A stretch of 63,574 bases of DNA, filler included, from Asterionella formosa (lineage: Eukaryota), in NCBI GenBank assembly GCA_002256025.1. It is 23 parts of 23 records of this genome, joined end to end, with 100 filler letters (N's around TTAATTAATTAA, not from the genome) between each part and the next. Parts side by side here need not be neighbours in the genome. Positions count along the whole stretch, not along the records: positions 60,917 to 63,574 come from NKIB01014992.1; 22 more parts are not named here. One strand, 5' to 3'. The translations under genes and the position numbers were made by a program. Within the stretch, counting starts at the first letter, position 1, and every line of letters starts with the position of its first letter. The notes beneath the pieces were generated by a model. That model was not told where the DNA came from and ran no database searches. It worked only from the letters and a program-made list of their open reading frames with translations. Positions 61,073-63,574 of the stretch are shown here, one piece after another.

Positions 61073-63039
61073 ATGGACCCAGAAAACGAATCCAGCTTTG
61101 GGATTGGTAGTTCGAGCGATGGCGGAAAAGGTGCTACTGCCGCCAAATCGGCAGAAGAAGTTGACGCTAGAGCCCGAACCGCTTTTGTAAGTGATTCGGG
61201 GGATTCTCGAGAAATATGAATGCATTATTTTTCCACTAACGCAGTAAATATACACCCTTGCAGCTTCGATCGAAAGATGAGATTGGAGCCATGGGCGCTG
61301 GAATGAGGTTCAGAACTAGGTTGCGAAACATGTTTGGTCGCATCTGTTGTCTAGCTCGTTCAGGCACGAATACCGAAGTTGTAGATGGAGATCTGGAAGA
61401 AGGAAAAGATAAGCAATATCGACTGGCATCCATCAATCGAGTGAGTGTTGAAACACCAAAGTTACACACGCTGTGCTGCACGATTCATTGGCTAACCAAC
61501 ATAACTAAACTATTCACAGGAGCAATATTCAGGGGCTCTCCATCGTTTTCTATGCTGTTCCAACACTCAGTCTACTATGGGTGGCATTGGAGTATCCCCC
61601 AATCAAGCCCTTGCCATGTATCTGCATTGGATGTTCCGTGTAAACTTCTTCATTCTCTTTTCCCTATCCTGCTTTTTCTTTTTTGGCATGGTGATCTTTT
61701 TCTCTGCCTTCATTGTTATTGCTGGAACAATTGACAGTGACTGTGTGAGGATTGGCTCAAAGTCTTTTGGAGAAGCGGATTCTCCCTTCGCAGACGCCTT
61801 TGCTCTTAGTTGGACAACTTTGAGCACAGTGGTGAGTGGACTGGGAATTCCTTTCGTCACGAAAGATGTCACCTTCGCTAATCTCCTTACTCGTACAACT
61901 CACAGGGATATGGAAGTACGTATCCAGCCCTGGCTCATGAAAATGATAATCCTACCAACTGCGCTTTCATCACTATAATTTGCTCTTTGGAATCCTTTGT
62001 TGGGGTGCTTTATTCTGGTTTTTGTGGTGCTATTCTCTTCGGAAAAATATTGAGAATTCAGTCGCATGCCCAGGTCATCTTTAGTGATCCCATTGTGATC
62101 CGTTACGGAACTGGGGTCGAAACGAATTCTGATCCAGACGAAGATGAAGATCACTCCGACGACGGTGAATGGGACCAAAAAAAGCAGAGTACAATTAAGA
62201 AGATTGCTTGTCCTGTTTTGGAGTTTCGCATTGTAAATCGCTTATTCGACGAAATCAGCGGTGAAATTATGGATGCTAGTCTTAATGTAGTGGCAAACGT
62301 CGATGCCAATGATGCCGATCCAGTTCACGATATGGATATGTCACAGAGTAATCATCGGAGTGCCCAAGGTGAGTCCGAGGCCTCGGTTGTTTCCACATCC
62401 GCAACAGAAACGTCCGCGGAAACCTCGGGCTGGAATGTGGTCCGTTCAAGCATCAAGGCAAAAATGTTCCAAAATGCTTTTATCAAAGCCCTGGAAAAGC
62501 CCATGGTTGACGTCGAAACAATGTCTCGTCACGGGCGTGCTGTGTTCCCTGGAAGTTTTCGTGGCCCGACGGATACTATCTTTGTCGAGAACCATCCGAC
62601 GGCGAATTTTGTGTCGAAGCACATCTTTTCCAAAATGATTATTGAAGCAAGCGAGCATCCTTTCTTCAAACGTGTGTGGTTGGCCCGGCATGTCTTGGAT
62701 GATTCGTCGCCTCTTTTATCACCACAGGTCCGTCGGCTTATTCGTAGGAATCAAGGGTTCTGGCCAGAAAATTTAAATTCGCACGATGGAGTTCGTGAGT
62801 CGCTGAAATTCAATCAGATTTTGGTGAGCTTGAACGGAGTGTCCAACGTGAGTGCAGCAGATGTATACGCACAAAAGATTTATGATTTTATCGATGTTAA
62901 CATTGGGTACCAATTCGTGAATTTGCTCTACCGAGGTGACAATGGCCAACTAAAGGTCGACATGGATTTAATCAATGATGTTCGTGAACAGACAGGTGGA
63001 GGGGGAGAGCCGCTTACCTTTGGTGAGGATGACTATTAG
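61073..63039 (+). CDS. Inward-rectifier (Kir/KirBac-like) K+ channel, 4 exons
   Basis: Exons 61073-61186, 61264-61440, 61520-61831 and 61906-63039 splice in frame through GT-AG introns. They give M1, pore FALSWTTLSTV|GYG, M2 (ESFVG..), IFSD..VI and LEFRIVN. Confidence 0.88.
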
Positions 63040-63574
63040 CTTTTCCGGATCAAGTTTCGGCGTAGTTCGTTTTCTGGCTTTATACTTTTAGTTGCGTTAG
63101 GGTTCGTTTAAATAGCGATTGATTTTCTATATTGCTTTTAATCCAAAGTAATACTTTGAGACTCTAGAACAAACACAAGCTTAACATACCAGAAGTTACA
63201 GTTGACGTGATATACACCTTACGACTGGGTTCTGAATCTACCTTATCACTATGTTACTCTCCATGTAGTATCGTAGCAAGTTTTCTACATATGTCTCATA
63301 AGGGGTGGGGATCACTTCCACTTAAAAGTATCACATGAACGACAGTGAAAAAAATGTTTAGACGACAGTGACAGTGGTGAACATCATAGGTGTATACTCT
63401 CGGTCTAGTATGTTTACCCCATTACTTGCGAGCTTGTGAGCATATTCCTATGGTCCAAAGAACTACCTAGTAGTGACACTACAGACTGATTGCAGAGTCA
63501 TAAAACTGTAAGAGGACTTGACCTTGTCAGGATCAATATTGGGGGCCCTTAAACTTTTCCTCTCCTCCTTCATG

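Overview
This window is not one contiguous locus. It is 23 unrelated contigs of about 2.66-2.68 kb, roughly size-sorted and joined by 22 artificial 100-bp spacers (N44-TTAATTAATTAA-N44). The content is eukaryotic and most likely from a diatom: GT-AG introns, ASAFAP-type plastid leaders, PGRL1, diatom-style LRR/ARM genes and (TTAGGG)n. Much of it is transposon debris: one young Ty3/gypsy family in 4 copies, a gag relic, 4 Ty1/copia fragments, a Tc1/IS630-like transposase relic, TA-flanked TIR elements and several unclassified repeats. Host genes include a WD40 protein, an LRR membrane protein, a mitochondrial carrier, a choice-of-anchor-B-like secreted protein, a FRA10AC1 fragment, a Kir-like K+ channel, and pseudogenes of a GH18 chitinase, PGRL1 (two copies) and ARM proteins. 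The most interesting signal is a pervasive micro-insertion process. Aligning repeat copies within the window shows TA converted to TA-CCGG-TA, TA-CCGGG-TA, TA-C-TA and TA-GC-TA, and TT converted to TT-GC-TT. Iterated, this builds the GGTACCAGGTACC-type arrays seen in most intergenic regions. TA-flanked TIR elements ending CCAG...CTGG are present and could supply these footprints. All four gypsy LTR ends abut C(CA/TC)GGTACC, which suggests a retrotransposon that targets the DNA-transposon scars.
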